Shown piece after piece: positions 10,029-20,569 of a stretch of 32,000 bases of DNA. The first letter of the stretch is position 1, and the number at the start of each line of letters is the position of its first letter. Both the position numbers and the translations under genes were made by a program. The DNA comes from Trichodesmium erythraeum IMS101 (lineage in GTDB: Bacteria > Cyanobacteriota > Cyanobacteriia > Cyanobacteriales > Microcoleaceae): NCBI RefSeq assembly GCF_000014265.1, contig NC_008312.1:4500001-4532000 (forward strand), given 5' to 3'. The notes under the pieces are model-generated. The model was not told the origin of the DNA. It worked only from the letters and a program-made list of their open reading frames with translations, and did no database searches.

Positions 10029-10775
10029 CTATTTATCATGAATAAACTCTAGGTAAGAATTACTTAGTTCTTTTACTGCTAAGGAATAAAACTGCTTACC
10101 ATGTTCAGGTGTAGCTAATGCAGGGTTAGAACCCATGCGACCATCAGGATATCGGCGGCGAAAATCTGTGGCACTATATATTGAATATCCACTAGCGACA
10201 TTTTCTGACAGCGTCGCTTGTTTAATTGCTTCTGGATAAATATACTGAGTCAAAGCTACTTCACTAGGTGTAGCGTGAGACCCTTCTTGATGGCCGTACA
10301 ACTCTTTTGCTAGTTTGTAAACTGAGCTACACATAAACCAATTTCCGATTTTGCACTTAACTTGATCTGCATTGGCAATGTTAAAATCAGCTAAGTGGGC
10401 ATAGGTTTCTGAGAATGCAGCCCTCAGAGTAGAGATATTACCTCCGTGACCATTGATGAAGAAAAATTTGGTAAATCCTGATTTAGTTAAACAAACTATA
10501 TAGTCACGAATCACTTGAATCATTGTAGTAGGCCGTAAACTAATCGTACCGGGGAAATCTGTATGGTGTAAGGCCATTCCTACATTAATTGTTGGCCCTA
10601 CTAATGCTTGTACTGTTTCTCCTACTCCTTTAGAGATGGCTTCTGCACAAATAGCATCTGTACCAATCAATCCTGTAGGTCCATGTTGTTCAGTGGAACC
10701 AATTGGTAAAATAATACTTTGAGATTGATTTAGATAAGCTTCGACTTCTGACCAGGTACTTAAGTGTAGTAGCAT
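10029..10775 (-). CDS. Creatininase (creatinine amidohydrolase) family protein
   Basis: IILPIGSTEQHGPTGLIGTDAICAE and FINGHGGN are hallmark creatininase-family motifs. Full length, 248 aa. Confidence 0.85.
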   Translation of the reverse strand: MLLHLSTWSEVEAYLNQSQSIILPIGSTEQHGPTGLIGTDAICAEAISKGVGETVQALVGPTINVGMALHHTDFPGTISLRPTTMIQVIRDYIVCLTKSGFTKFFFINGHGGNISTLRAAFSETYAHLADFNIANADQVKCKIGNWFMCSSVYKLAKELYGHQEGSHATPSEVALTQYIYPEAIKQATLSENVASGYSIYSATDFRRRYPDGRMGSNPALATPEHGKQFYSLAVKELSNSYLEFIHDK

Positions 10776-11389
10776 ATTTATATTTAGATTTTGATTGATT
10801 TATTTATACTTTTAATGTTTGTTATTAGTATAAATTTTTATGGTGTATTGAATTAGCTTTAAACTATTTAATGTACTCTAAATTATTCAATTTTGAGAGA
10901 ATAATTAAAGTTTATAAATTAACCTATAGTTTTTGTAAACAGCAGTTTTGAGTAATATTCTATTAAATTGGTATGATATTTTCAGATTTAATATTTTGAC
11001 AATTATCATCATATTTAATCTTTTGATAACCCAAAGTTAACCTTTTCTTAACCTGTTAGCTGTAATGTTAATGCAGTATAAGTTTTCTATTCAGAACAAA
11101 AATGCAAAATTCAACTTTGTAACCCTTGCTTAATTAGTATATATTCCTAATAAACGACAAAAAACTAGACTGTAGTAATATGTAGATTATATTGGTAATA
11201 TCGTTGTTATACTAATTATTGATAGTAAAAATGCGTTATATCAATGGAATAAAACCTAGTTTTTTTAGCAGTTTTAAAAGCTATAAATCAATTAATTAAG
11301 TTAATTAGCTAAAAAATTTGCGGGTAGCTTAATTGATCAGTAAAGTCCAATTAATAATTTACACATCCTAATTATCAAAAGCAATATTT

Positions 11390-12130
11390 ATGTTTTCCTC
11401 AGATCTAAGCCAAAGTTTTTCTAGGTCTGCCGTCAGAACAAATAGTAAGATTTTATTATTAGAAACTGAAGAGCTATTTGGGAATATGTTAGCCCTAGCT
11501 CTAGAAGAACAAGGTTATGAAGTGGTTATTACTCGAGATAGCTGTAAAGTTATTCCCATTTTTGAGAATTCTTTATCGCTCAAAAGTGAACAATCTTTCA
11601 ATCTGTTAATTCTTGACTCTGTTAATAGTTTGGATGTGTGCCGAATGTTAAGACATCAAGGTAATTTAATACCAATAATGGTTTTAGGAGCAAAAGGCAG
11701 TGTTAATAATTGTGCTTTTTATCTAGAAGCTGGAGCTGATGATTATCTAACTAAACCCTTTGGGATACGGGAATTTATTGCTCGTTGCCAAGCTATGATC
11801 CGTCGCCAACGTTTAAGTCAACTATCTCAGGCACTAATACTTCAGTATCAGGATATAATTTTCTATCCTCAAGAATGCCGAGTTATAGTCAGAGGTCAAG
11901 AGGTGAAGCTTTCCCCTAAGCAATTTCGCTTACTTGAAGTATTTATGAATTATCCACAGAGAGTTTGGTCTCGCGAACAATTGTTAGAACAGGTTTGGGG
12001 ACTAGATTTTATTGGGGATAGAAAAACGGTTGATGTTCATATTCGTTGGTTACGAGAGAAATTAGAGTTAAATCCTAGTAAACCAAGGTATTTGATTACT
12101 ATTAGAGGTTTTGGATATAAATTTGGTTAG
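11390..12130 (+). CDS. OmpR/PhoB-family response regulator with atypical receiver domain (NblR-like)
   Basis: The C-terminal winged-helix is typical (LSPKQFRLLEVFMNYPQRVWSREQLLEQVWG...DRKTVDVHIRWLREKL...IRGFGYKF). In the receiver, the phospho-Asp context LLILDS and the Lys in LTKPF are kept. The acidic pocket reads LLLETEE instead of the canonical DD, and the conserved Thr/Ser position reads VLGAKG. Confidence 0.8.
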   Translation: MFSSDLSQSFSRSAVRTNSKILLLETEELFGNMLALALEEQGYEVVITRDSCKVIPIFENSLSLKSEQSFNLLILDSVNSLDVCRMLRHQGNLIPIMVLGAKGSVNNCAFYLEAGADDYLTKPFGIREFIARCQAMIRRQRLSQLSQALILQYQDIIFYPQECRVIVRGQEVKLSPKQFRLLEVFMNYPQRVWSREQLLEQVWGLDFIGDRKTVDVHIRWLREKLELNPSKPRYLITIRGFGYKFG

Positions 12131-12301
12131 TAATACCAAGTCCGACAAATATTTATTACAGCGAAGTTGAAGTAAATACAACAAAAAGAGAGGATCGCGA
12201 TAGAGATAGTTATCTGAAATGAATGGGAGCTGCTCTTTTTAGGCATCTATGATTATGCATGTGTTTTATAGTATTCTTTTTTTTACTAGTGTTATTTCAG
12301 A

Positions 12302-12352
12302 AAAAATTATAGTTAGATGATGATTTGATGATTTCTGATAACTATAATTTTT
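12302..12352. terminator. Candidate bidirectional terminator between convergent genes
   Basis: Perfect 14-bp inverted repeat: AAAAATTATAGTTA (12302-12315) and TAACTATAATTTTT (12339-12352), with a 23-nt loop. It is flanked by A/T runs on both sides and lies between the response regulator stop (12130) and the sbcD-like stop (12422). The stem is AT-rich, hence weak. Confidence 0.3.
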
Positions 12353-12421
12353 AGTGGCATTGATATCTAAAGAATAGAGAATAGATATTATCAAAAAATC
12401 TGTGCTTGAATTTAATTTTTT

Positions 12422-13705
12422 TCATTTTCTCGTGCTATTTGTAAATAAACTTAACTGACTATCAAAATGTTCCTCTGATAAGTCTGCTCTGTCTACTAGT
12501 AACTTATCTGCAGCTTCTAACATTTCCTCTTGAATATCTTGAATATCTTCGCGACTTTCTAAATAAGTTTTTAAAGCTTGTAAAGGATCAATACTATTAC
12601 CTGTTGATAATTCTGGTAAACGTGGTCTTGCCAACTGACTGACTAATTCTGGTTGAATAGTATAAGTATGTGCCTCACTTAAAGCCTGGTGTAAAATGCT
12701 ATTATCTATTAAGTCTAACTGTTCAGAACGTAACTGATAAATTAATCTAACTACTACATTTTTTATCTGATATTTACTAATAGTTTTTAATAACTCAGTT
12801 TGTGGATTTTCTACTTCCGAAACATTAACTTTAATAGTCTGGAAATTTCGTACAGGCAAGGCACAAAATTTCCATATAGCTTTACCTTTTTCTAGTTCAA
12901 CTAAAACAAAACCTTTCTCTTCCTTCTCCTCGCTAAAGTCAACTCTTTCAATACTTCCGGGATAAATAATTGGTGGGTTATTAGAATTATTCAAATTTTG
13001 ATGTTTGTGAACGTGACCTAAAGCAACATAATCAAAATAAGGGTGGTTTAACAGAGAAACAGGAATATTAAAACCTTTACCAACTGCTAAAAAACGTTCT
13101 GCTCCTAAACTAGCTCTATCTGCCATTAAATGACCTAAAAGTACCGTGGGTATTTCTGGGTTTAATTTCCGAATTTCTGATTCTAATATCAACCGCAATT
13201 TTTGAATTAGTGACTCATTTACCTGACCCATAGATTTACCTTCGGTCTCAGATTTTGTCATTAAACTAGAAGCAGTTAACCAAGGCAAAGTAATAATTTG
13301 AATATAACCATTTTGAGTTTGAATTTTGTGAGTTTCTAAGCGATCGCCTACCACGACTCCGGGTATTCCTAAAGTCCGATAAATACCTAAACTTGCACCT
13401 CCTTGGCCTTGGGAATGTTGATCATGGTTTCCTACTAATAATACTATGGGAATTTGAGCATCTACTAAACGGCGTATTTCACCAGCAAAAGCTTGTTTTA
13501 TGTATGGTGCAGGAGTAGCATCTGGAAAAGCATCTCCACCGAATAAAACTAAATCAACTGGTTCGGAAATTGCTTTATCTATACAAAGTTTTAGACTGGA
13601 AATAAAGTCTTCCAGGCGAGTGTTTAAACCTGTTTCTGGGTTGATACGACCATGAGAAAAACCACTGCCAATATGAATATCAGAAAGATGGATAATTTTA
13701 ATCAT
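12422..13705 (-). CDS. sbcD: SbcD/Mre11-family metallophosphoesterase nuclease
   Basis: Calcineurin-like phosphoesterase motifs are present in order: HLSDIHIG, GGDAFP, LLVGNHD, GH(L)MA, GHVH. The 427-aa length is typical for the cyanobacterial SbcD-like type. No sbcC is adjacent in this window. Confidence 0.75.
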   Translation of the reverse strand: MIKIIHLSDIHIGSGFSHGRINPETGLNTRLEDFISSLKLCIDKAISEPVDLVLFGGDAFPDATPAPYIKQAFAGEIRRLVDAQIPIVLLVGNHDQHSQGQGGASLGIYRTLGIPGVVVGDRLETHKIQTQNGYIQIITLPWLTASSLMTKSETEGKSMGQVNESLIQKLRLILESEIRKLNPEIPTVLLGHLMADRASLGAERFLAVGKGFNIPVSLLNHPYFDYVALGHVHKHQNLNNSNNPPIIYPGSIERVDFSEEKEEKGFVLVELEKGKAIWKFCALPVRNFQTIKVNVSEVENPQTELLKTISKYQIKNVVVRLIYQLRSEQLDLIDNSILHQALSEAHTYTIQPELVSQLARPRLPELSTGNSIDPLQALKTYLESREDIQDIQEEMLEAADKLLVDRADLSEEHFDSQLSLFTNSTRK

Positions 13706-14599
13706 TTTATTTTATTTAGGGAGTAGGTAAGCTTCTGGAGTTTTGACTAAATTTTGGGGTATTCAAATAATAAATATGAGAATGATGTTAACCCAAAACT
13801 TAGAATTCAATAGTAATATAAGCTTTGGGTATGTAATAAGTAATCAATATTATTTGTCTTTTTTAGTGAGTTTGAGTTAGGATTGTCTTACTTAAACTCT
13901 TTCAAAAGTTTTATGATCGCTTAAATTTTGCCATTGCACAGGCTCTAGAAAATTAACTTAAAAGTTATTGCGATGCTGATGCTTAAAAGGGTTTCAGTTA
14001 ATTTTGTCGATCTCCTTATTTTGGCTCGACAAATTTTAGGGAAGCTTACATTAGTCTAAAGTCGAGTAGGAATGTTATATGTAAGGTCTTTACAGGGTAA
14101 TTAATAATTAGGGAAAGAAATAGGGAAGGCACAAGATAAATTTTTTACACGGATATACTGATGAGATGTACTTTATTAAATAGGAAACTTGGGTATGTAA
14201 TTAATCTTGTCATAGCAAAGGGTCTAATTTCTGACAATATTGAATATTAATTCCTCAAAATAATTCTATACTTTAGTAACACTTCAATTATTAAGTAATT
14301 GATAGATTATACCAATAACCTTTTTGATAATTAGTATCCTCCCGAATGTGTTAATTATTCTTATGTTTTATGGAAATTACATTCAATACCCCTACCTGAT
14401 CTCCTACTCTCTATCTCCCCTTCCAAGGTTTGAGTTAAGAATGGTTTCCCTGCTTCGCAAAAATGTAAAAAAAGTTTTCGAGAAATAAATTGTATAACTC
14501 ATTTTACTTGGAGAAGGAAGGAGAAAAGAAAGGTATTAATCTTCAACCCTATTTTCTTATTTATATCTTTTTTTTTAAAGGTTTAAATTGTACTTATCC

Positions 14600-16228
14600 T
14601 TATAAAGATTCTGGTTCTTGACCAGAAACAACTGGTGCAGTATTATTTAATTTTAACTCTGGATGCTCAGATTCAACCTGTTGACAATTCCACTGATTTT
14701 TAAATAGCAAAACAGGTCTACCCCAGCTATCTTTGACCGCCACAGTATTAAATAACCTACCCACTTTTTGCAGTATTTCCCAACCACCATCTACCCAACG
14801 TGCGACAGTAAAAGGTAACATTTCTACTCTAGTTTCTACTCCATATTCATTTTGCATTCTAAACTGAACTACCTCTAATTGTAACTGCCCAACAGCAGCT
14901 AAAATAGGGTCTCTTTTTGCCTCATCTGCTGAGTACATAATTTGCACTGCACCTTCTTCTCGTAATTCATTAACTCCCTTACGAAATTGCTTAAATTTAG
15001 AAGGGTTAGGATTTCTTAAATAAGCAAATATTTCTGGTGAGAAACAGGGGATACCTTCGTATTCTATTTTTTTGCCATTATAAATAGTATCTCCTATGGC
15101 AAATACTCCAGGATTATTTAAACCAATTATGTCACCAGGATAGGCATTTTCGATAGATGCTCTGTCTTGAGCAAATAGCTTTTGGGGACGAGATAATCGT
15201 ACTGTTTTACCTGTTCGAGCATGACTAACTGTCATGTCTTTTTCAAATTTTCCTGTGCAAACTCTAATAAATGCAACTCGATCTCGATGTTTTGGATCCA
15301 TATTAGCTTGCAATTTAAACACAAATCCAGTGAAGTTTGGATAAGTAGGAGAAACTTCCCCAACTGTACTTTTATGAATACCTGGTTTAAGAGCATATTC
15401 TAAGAAAGCATCCAGGAATAATTGCACCCCAAAATTAGTCATTGCACTACCAAAAAATACAGGGGTCATTTCTCCTGTATGTATCTGTTCTAAGTCTAAA
15501 GCTGAGCCTAATTCGTCTAGCAATTCTAAATCTTCTTTGAGTTGATAATAAAGGTCTTGATCTAATAGTTTTTCTATTTGAGGATCGCCTAAATTTACTA
15601 CTGTATTTACTGCTGCTTTCCTACCATGAATACTCCGCTCAAATAAGTGAATTTGTTCTTTTCTTCGATCAAATACTCCTTTGAAGCGATCGCCCATACC
15701 TATAGGCCAATTTACCGGATATGTTTTTAAGCCTAATTCCTGTTCAATTTCATCTAAGAGTTCTAATGGTTCTCGTCCTGGTCTATCCATTTTATTAATA
15801 AAGGTAAAAATGGGTAGTTTTCGCATCTTACAAACTTCAAATAATTTGCGAGTTTGAGGTTCTAAACCTTTAGCACTATCTTCTAACATTACAGCATTAT
15901 CGGCAGCTGCTAATGTTCTATATGTATCTTCACTAAAATCTTGGTGTCCTGGAGTATCTAGGAGGTTTATTTGACAGTTTTGATAATCAAATTGTAGAAC
16001 TGTGGAAGTGATAGAAATGCCTCTTTGTTGTTCCATTGCCATCCAGTCTGAGGTGGCATGACGTTGTGCTCTTTTAGCTTTGACTGCACCAGCCTCTTGA
16101 ATAGCACCTCCGTACAATAATAGTTTTTCTGTAAGAGTGGTTTTACCAGCATCAGGATGGGAGATAATTGCAAAGTTACGCCGTTTATCTACTGCTGTTT
16201 GCAATTCTGCTTCAATTTCAATGGACAT
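14600..16228 (-). CDS. prfC: Peptide chain release factor 3
   Basis: [60 protein letters not shown] plus DTPGHQDF and NKMD G-motifs. Full-length RF3, 542 aa. Confidence 0.95.
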   Translation of the reverse strand: MSIEIEAELQTAVDKRRNFAIISHPDAGKTTLTEKLLLYGGAIQEAGAVKAKRAQRHATSDWMAMEQQRGISITSTVLQFDYQNCQINLLDTPGHQDFSEDTYRTLAAADNAVMLEDSAKGLEPQTRKLFEVCKMRKLPIFTFINKMDRPGREPLELLDEIEQELGLKTYPVNWPIGMGDRFKGVFDRRKEQIHLFERSIHGRKAAVNTVVNLGDPQIEKLLDQDLYYQLKEDLELLDELGSALDLEQIHTGEMTPVFFGSAMTNFGVQLFLDAFLEYALKPGIHKSTVGEVSPTYPNFTGFVFKLQANMDPKHRDRVAFIRVCTGKFEKDMTVSHARTGKTVRLSRPQKLFAQDRASIENAYPGDIIGLNNPGVFAIGDTIYNGKKIEYEGIPCFSPEIFAYLRNPNPSKFKQFRKGVNELREEGAVQIMYSADEAKRDPILAAVGQLQLEVVQFRMQNEYGVETRVEMLPFTVARWVDGGWEILQKVGRLFNTVAVKDSWGRPVLLFKNQWNCQQVESEHPELKLNNTAPVVSGQEPESL

Positions 16229-16985
16229 AAGTTAACCTATATTTATAGAATCTAGAATCGTTCGTAATATTATATATTTATATATATTTATCTAGGCTAA
16301 ATTTAATATATTTCTCATTATGATATAATTTATATTAATAATATTTATATTAACACATATCTGACATCATAAATAGAATAAATATTTTGAGAATAGGAAA
16401 AATATCAACTTAATAAAAATTAATACTTAACTTCTTTAGATCTGATAGGTTGATATTTTTTTACAATAAAAGCCATATAAAATTTTGATCAAATATTTGG
16501 GCTATGGGAAGTTTTATTGCTTACCCATGTTGTTATATTTAGCAACCTGAATTAGTGTGGCTATTCATATTGTTATAATCATTAATTGAAGCACAGAATA
16601 AATTATACTAGTAACAAAAAACTTTAACAGATATTTTACCGATTTTTATGGTTAAACTATTACTTATTAGTAGTGATATTTGTCTAGAATTATCTAACTG
16701 TTATCCATTTATTTTTCATCTACTATAGTTACAATTTTGTTGATATAGAGGTAAAAAAAAGTAATGATTTAGTACCCGGGAATAGGGAATAGTGTAATAT
16801 CCTTTATACTTAATTATTTTAAGACTATCCTCCTTTAGCTATCAAAACTATTTTATTCTCCAAAAACGTAGAAAATAATATTTTAGCAATTTAATATTCT
16901 GTTACTTATTACAATTTATTCATAAATTCATTCATGTTAGCTTTATCTGTAGCTCAACTAATTTTCTCAATATTATTCCATATTT

Positions 16986-17459
16986 CTAACGCATTTCAGG
17001 TATTCTATTACTATTAGAAGAAGTACTACTTTCCTTAGCATTAAGCCTTTGGTTAAATTCACGAATACGACGAGACAATAGACGAATAATATTAATTGCA
17101 ATTTCTGGTGTTTCATCAATTGCGTCATAAAGTTGTATTTGAGTTAAAACTAAACATTCACAATTTTCTAAAGTAGTAACAGAAGCAGAGCGAGGTTCAG
17201 CATCAAACAAAGACATTTCACCAAAACAAGCTCCTTGTTCTAAGTGTGCTAACTCACGGTCTTCCAAATGAACTTTAACTTTACCAGATACTACGATATA
17301 AAGAGATCTTCCTTCTTTCCCTTCAGTAAAAATAGTATGGTTAGTAGGGAAAGATAGCTCGTTCATCACAGAAGCTAAACGTACTAGAAAATCATCTCTT
17401 AATTCTCTAAAAATTGGTACAGCTCTAATAAACAAAAGACGCTCGACACTTGTAAGCAT
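16986..17459 (-). CDS. Stand-alone cyclic nucleotide-binding domain protein
   Basis: The cNMP-binding signature GACFGEMSLFDAEPRSASV (FGE...R.A) is present and is preceded by the beta-roll (LYIVVSGKVKV). There is no DNA-binding or other output domain. Confidence 0.85.
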   Translation of the reverse strand: MLTSVERLLFIRAVPIFRELRDDFLVRLASVMNELSFPTNHTIFTEGKEGRSLYIVVSGKVKVHLEDRELAHLEQGACFGEMSLFDAEPRSASVTTLENCECLVLTQIQLYDAIDETPEIAINIIRLLSRRIREFNQRLNAKESSTSSNSNRIPEMR

Positions 17460-17946
17460 AATATTTACATCCTCATTCTTGACAAAGAAACAAATTTAAT
17501 AATTATTGTTGTAGAAGCCAGTTTTTATGGTTAATAATATTTTAGATGAAATTTGATAGATAGCTAACTGAGTTTCTTTAGCTTACACCATTTCCCTAGC
17601 TTTAATACAAAATAATTTATACATCATACTCATTTTATAAAATAATTTTACAAATAGGATGAGGTCAAAAAAATAAAGTAGGAAATAAGGGTGGATATTG
17701 CTGTCTATCATTTATCAGTTTTTTCCAATATTGTTAATTCTTCTTAAATCTATAAATACTAATTTTTATTATACAGGTAATGAATTAATAATTAATAGCT
17801 GAATACTTACCTGATAATAATTATTATGATATATAGCAAATGTTAATAATAAATAGTATGAATTTATATTTGATTAACTACTACTACCTTTAGTCTCCAG
17901 GATTAAAAAAAACTCATTAATTTATCAGTTTATTTAGAAAATTAAA

Positions 17947-18867
17947 ATGGAATTACAAGACAAAGAATACACAGTAGATACTAGTCAGTTATTAGTGGCT
18001 AGTGAAAAATTTGGCAGTGCTGATATTTACGGACAAAATGCTAAATCAATATTAAATAAAGCTACTGGTTTTATTAAAGCTTATGATTTTACTTTGAATC
18101 CTTATCGGGGTTGTCAATATGGTTGTACTTATTGTTATGCTGCGGCTTTTAGTCCTAATGAAAAAAAACGAGATGAGTGGGGAAAATGGGTTTTAATTAA
18201 AGAAAATGCGGCGGAAGTTGTAGAGAAAGAGTTGATGAGATGGCAGAAGAAAAATTATGATAAATTACCTAGTATTTATATGAGTAGTGTCACAGATCCT
18301 TATCAACCAATAGAGTCTAAAACTCAATTAACTCGGAGATTATTAGAAGTTATGTTAGAATATCGACCAATTTTAGTTATCCAAACTCGTAGTCCGATGA
18401 TAACGAGGGATATTGATCTTTTGCAACGGTTTAAAAATCTCCGAGTTAATATGAGTATTCCAACGGGTAGTGAGCTAGTAAGAAAAGATTTTGAACCTCA
18501 AACACCTAGTATTAAAGCTAGACTTAATGCTATGAAAAAAATCAAAAAGGAAATTCATAATTTCACAGGTTATTTGCCTAAACTTTCTATTACTATTACT
18601 CCTTTACTGCCGACTTTACCAGAAGAACAAGAAAGTTTTATTAGGCAACTAAATTTTGTAGATAGAGTTGTCATTCAAGATTTTCATGTTAGTCATAAGG
18701 GCTCCCTGGTAGCTAGCACTCGTGATGCAGCTATAGATATGAAAAAAAAGTACGAATGGTGGTACAGTAACCAACATGAAAATTATCAACAATTCAAAGG
18801 TAAGTTGCTAGAAATACTCAGTGATGTAGAAGTTAAGGAAGGTAAAGCTGGATTTACTTATGAATGA
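17947..18867 (+). CDS. Radical SAM protein, SPL/DNA-photolyase-like (COG1533-type)
   Basis: LNPYRGCQYGCTYCYA carries the CxxxCxxC cluster motif in the context typical of SplB-like radical SAM proteins. 306 aa. Confidence 0.8.
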   Translation: MELQDKEYTVDTSQLLVASEKFGSADIYGQNAKSILNKATGFIKAYDFTLNPYRGCQYGCTYCYAAAFSPNEKKRDEWGKWVLIKENAAEVVEKELMRWQKKNYDKLPSIYMSSVTDPYQPIESKTQLTRRLLEVMLEYRPILVIQTRSPMITRDIDLLQRFKNLRVNMSIPTGSELVRKDFEPQTPSIKARLNAMKKIKKEIHNFTGYLPKLSITITPLLPTLPEEQESFIRQLNFVDRVVIQDFHVSHKGSLVASTRDAAIDMKKKYEWWYSNQHENYQQFKGKLLEILSDVEVKEGKAGFTYE

Positions 18868-19091
18868 CTAGGTCACAAATTTTTGGCAGATTTATAAGTT
18901 TATACTTTATCTGGAAATAAGGGGATAATTCTCTGGCAAATTAAATACTAAAAATAATTATATCTTCTACTGAAAGGTCCAGAATATGGAAATTATAAAG
19001 GTAAAAAAATTAGTAATTTAATCAACATAAAAATTATCAACAATTTTCAGATAAGTTAATACAGGTGTAAATAATTTAGCAATAAAATAAT

Positions 19092-19349
19092 TTGAGAGAA
19101 TATTTACTAATGAATAATAAAATCACAAATTTTTGCCGTTCTATCAAATTTTGGTTTGCCCTAAAACAAGGAAATATTTTTTTGGCAAATAAAACACTAA
19201 AAGCTATTGAAAGTTCGGGAGCAAAATTATCTCCTTTAGAGAAATTATATCAAGACAAGCTGAAGTTTCAAGAATCTTTAAATGATAAAGATAGGGAAAT
19301 TAGCTATTTAAGCACGGATCTTAGAAAAACTGTTGATAAATTAGATTAA
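19092..19349 (+). CDS. 85-aa ORF, probably the severed N-terminal part of the downstream methyltransferase-like gene
   Basis: It is in the same frame as ORF 19407-20444 and separated from it only by TAA 19347-19349. The 19 codons between the two ORFs contain no further stop. Confidence 0.4.
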   Translation: MREYLLMNNKITNFCRSIKFWFALKQGNIFLANKTLKAIESSGAKLSPLEKLYQDKLKFQESLNDKDREISYLSTDLRKTVDKLD

Positions 19350-19406
19350 TTAGAATTAAAACTTAATTTTAATGAGCCATTAATTAGAAAAATTGATGAC
19401 TATATA

Positions 19407-20444
19407 TTGACTCCGAATACGAAGTTTATTGAGTTTGTAATTAATAGTTTTCAGTTGATTGAAAAAGATGAAAATTTATTACAATGTACGGGAATTGATG
19501 AACAGATATTTTATGACTTAGAATCAAGTTTAGCAAACTATATTAAATCTGAAGTTGAAACCATACCTGAAGATAAACGAATACTAGAGTTAGAAAAAGC
19601 TCACAGGGATATAGGAAAGTTAAAGGTTGGCGCTGATCCTGATTATAGTTTTTATTTAACTCCTCATGTTTATTTTATAAGATACTTTTTAGATAATATT
19701 TATTCCAATTATTTAGCTTGGTACTTGGTCTATCAAAGTGGATTATTACCAACAAAAATTAATATATTGGATATTGGTGCCGGTCCAGGAACAGTTGCTT
19801 ATGGACTAGCTTTGTTTCTGCAAAGTAGTAGTAGCTTTTTTGCGACTCATCCTATGCATATTTGTTATTATTCTCTGGAAAAACAAGCTCAGTTTCAATA
19901 TCGAGGTCTTCAGTTTTGGCGGCAATATATAGAGCAACAAATAATGCCTACAAATTTATATTTTCGATTTGATACGAGGGATCTTTTTACATACAATGAA
20001 CAGTTGAAAGTTTTGCCAAAAGGATTTTTTAATTTTATAACTATTTCTCACTGTTTATTTTTTGACCAAGAAGAAAAGAAAAAGTCTTTCAAGGTTTATC
20101 GGAAAATATTTCAGGAAAGCTTGAGTAATGATGGTTATGCAATTATCATAGTGCAAGGCAGAAAAATTTTTAGGAATTATTATCTAGAATTTAGTGAAAA
20201 TAGAGACATAGAAAAAAAACTAATTGAAAATTTGATGGCAGATATAGGCTTGAACTTAGTTTGGTATAAATATTTAGCTTCTACTGGTCAAAGAATGCCG
20301 AGTAAGAGTCGTGAATATGGCATATTTGCTAGGGAAAACTTACCTCATCAAAAATATATGGAAAAATTAAAAAGACAGTATCTTCAAAGTAAGCATTATT
20401 CAAGTTACGGAATAGATGACTATATTATTCTAGGCAAAAAATAA
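19407..20444 (+). CDS. Class I SAM-dependent methyltransferase-like protein (Rsm22-like?), possibly a nonsense-interrupted gene
   Basis: SAM-binding motif I is present: INILDIGAGPGTVAYGLALFL. The track start is a TTG, which is simply the first start-capable codon after the upstream stop. There is no ATG before motif I. Confidence 0.55.
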   Translation: MTPNTKFIEFVINSFQLIEKDENLLQCTGIDEQIFYDLESSLANYIKSEVETIPEDKRILELEKAHRDIGKLKVGADPDYSFYLTPHVYFIRYFLDNIYSNYLAWYLVYQSGLLPTKINILDIGAGPGTVAYGLALFLQSSSSFFATHPMHICYYSLEKQAQFQYRGLQFWRQYIEQQIMPTNLYFRFDTRDLFTYNEQLKVLPKGFFNFITISHCLFFDQEEKKKSFKVYRKIFQESLSNDGYAIIIVQGRKIFRNYYLEFSENRDIEKKLIENLMADIGLNLVWYKYLASTGQRMPSKSREYGIFARENLPHQKYMEKLKRQYLQSKHYSSYGIDDYIILGKK

Positions 20445-20522
20445 AAATAGCTCTCAAAATTTTATATAAAAAATGCTCTACAAAATCAAATGCTGAATAT
20501 TAAATATTACTAAATAAAAAAC

Positions 20523-20568
20523 TTAGTTTATGGACAGAATACTTATTAGTTTATGGACAGAATACTTA
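20523..20568. repeat. Perfect 23-bp tandem duplication (x2) ending 1 nt before a start codon
   Basis: TTAGTTTATGGACAGAATACTTA occurs at 20523-20545 and again at 20546-20568. The ATG of the next gene is at 20570. Confidence 0.95.
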
Positions 20569-20569
20569 A

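Noticed and set aside
12422-13705. A link between the sbcD-like gene lacking an adjacent sbcC and the high tandem-duplication load
   Set aside because: This is pure speculation. sbcC may be encoded elsewhere, and many cyanobacteria carry stand-alone SbcD-like phosphoesterases.
15221-16173. ORFs 15221-15403 (+) and 15967-16173 (-) within prfC
   Set aside because: They are antisense or alternative-frame ORFs inside a full-length, highly conserved RF3 gene.
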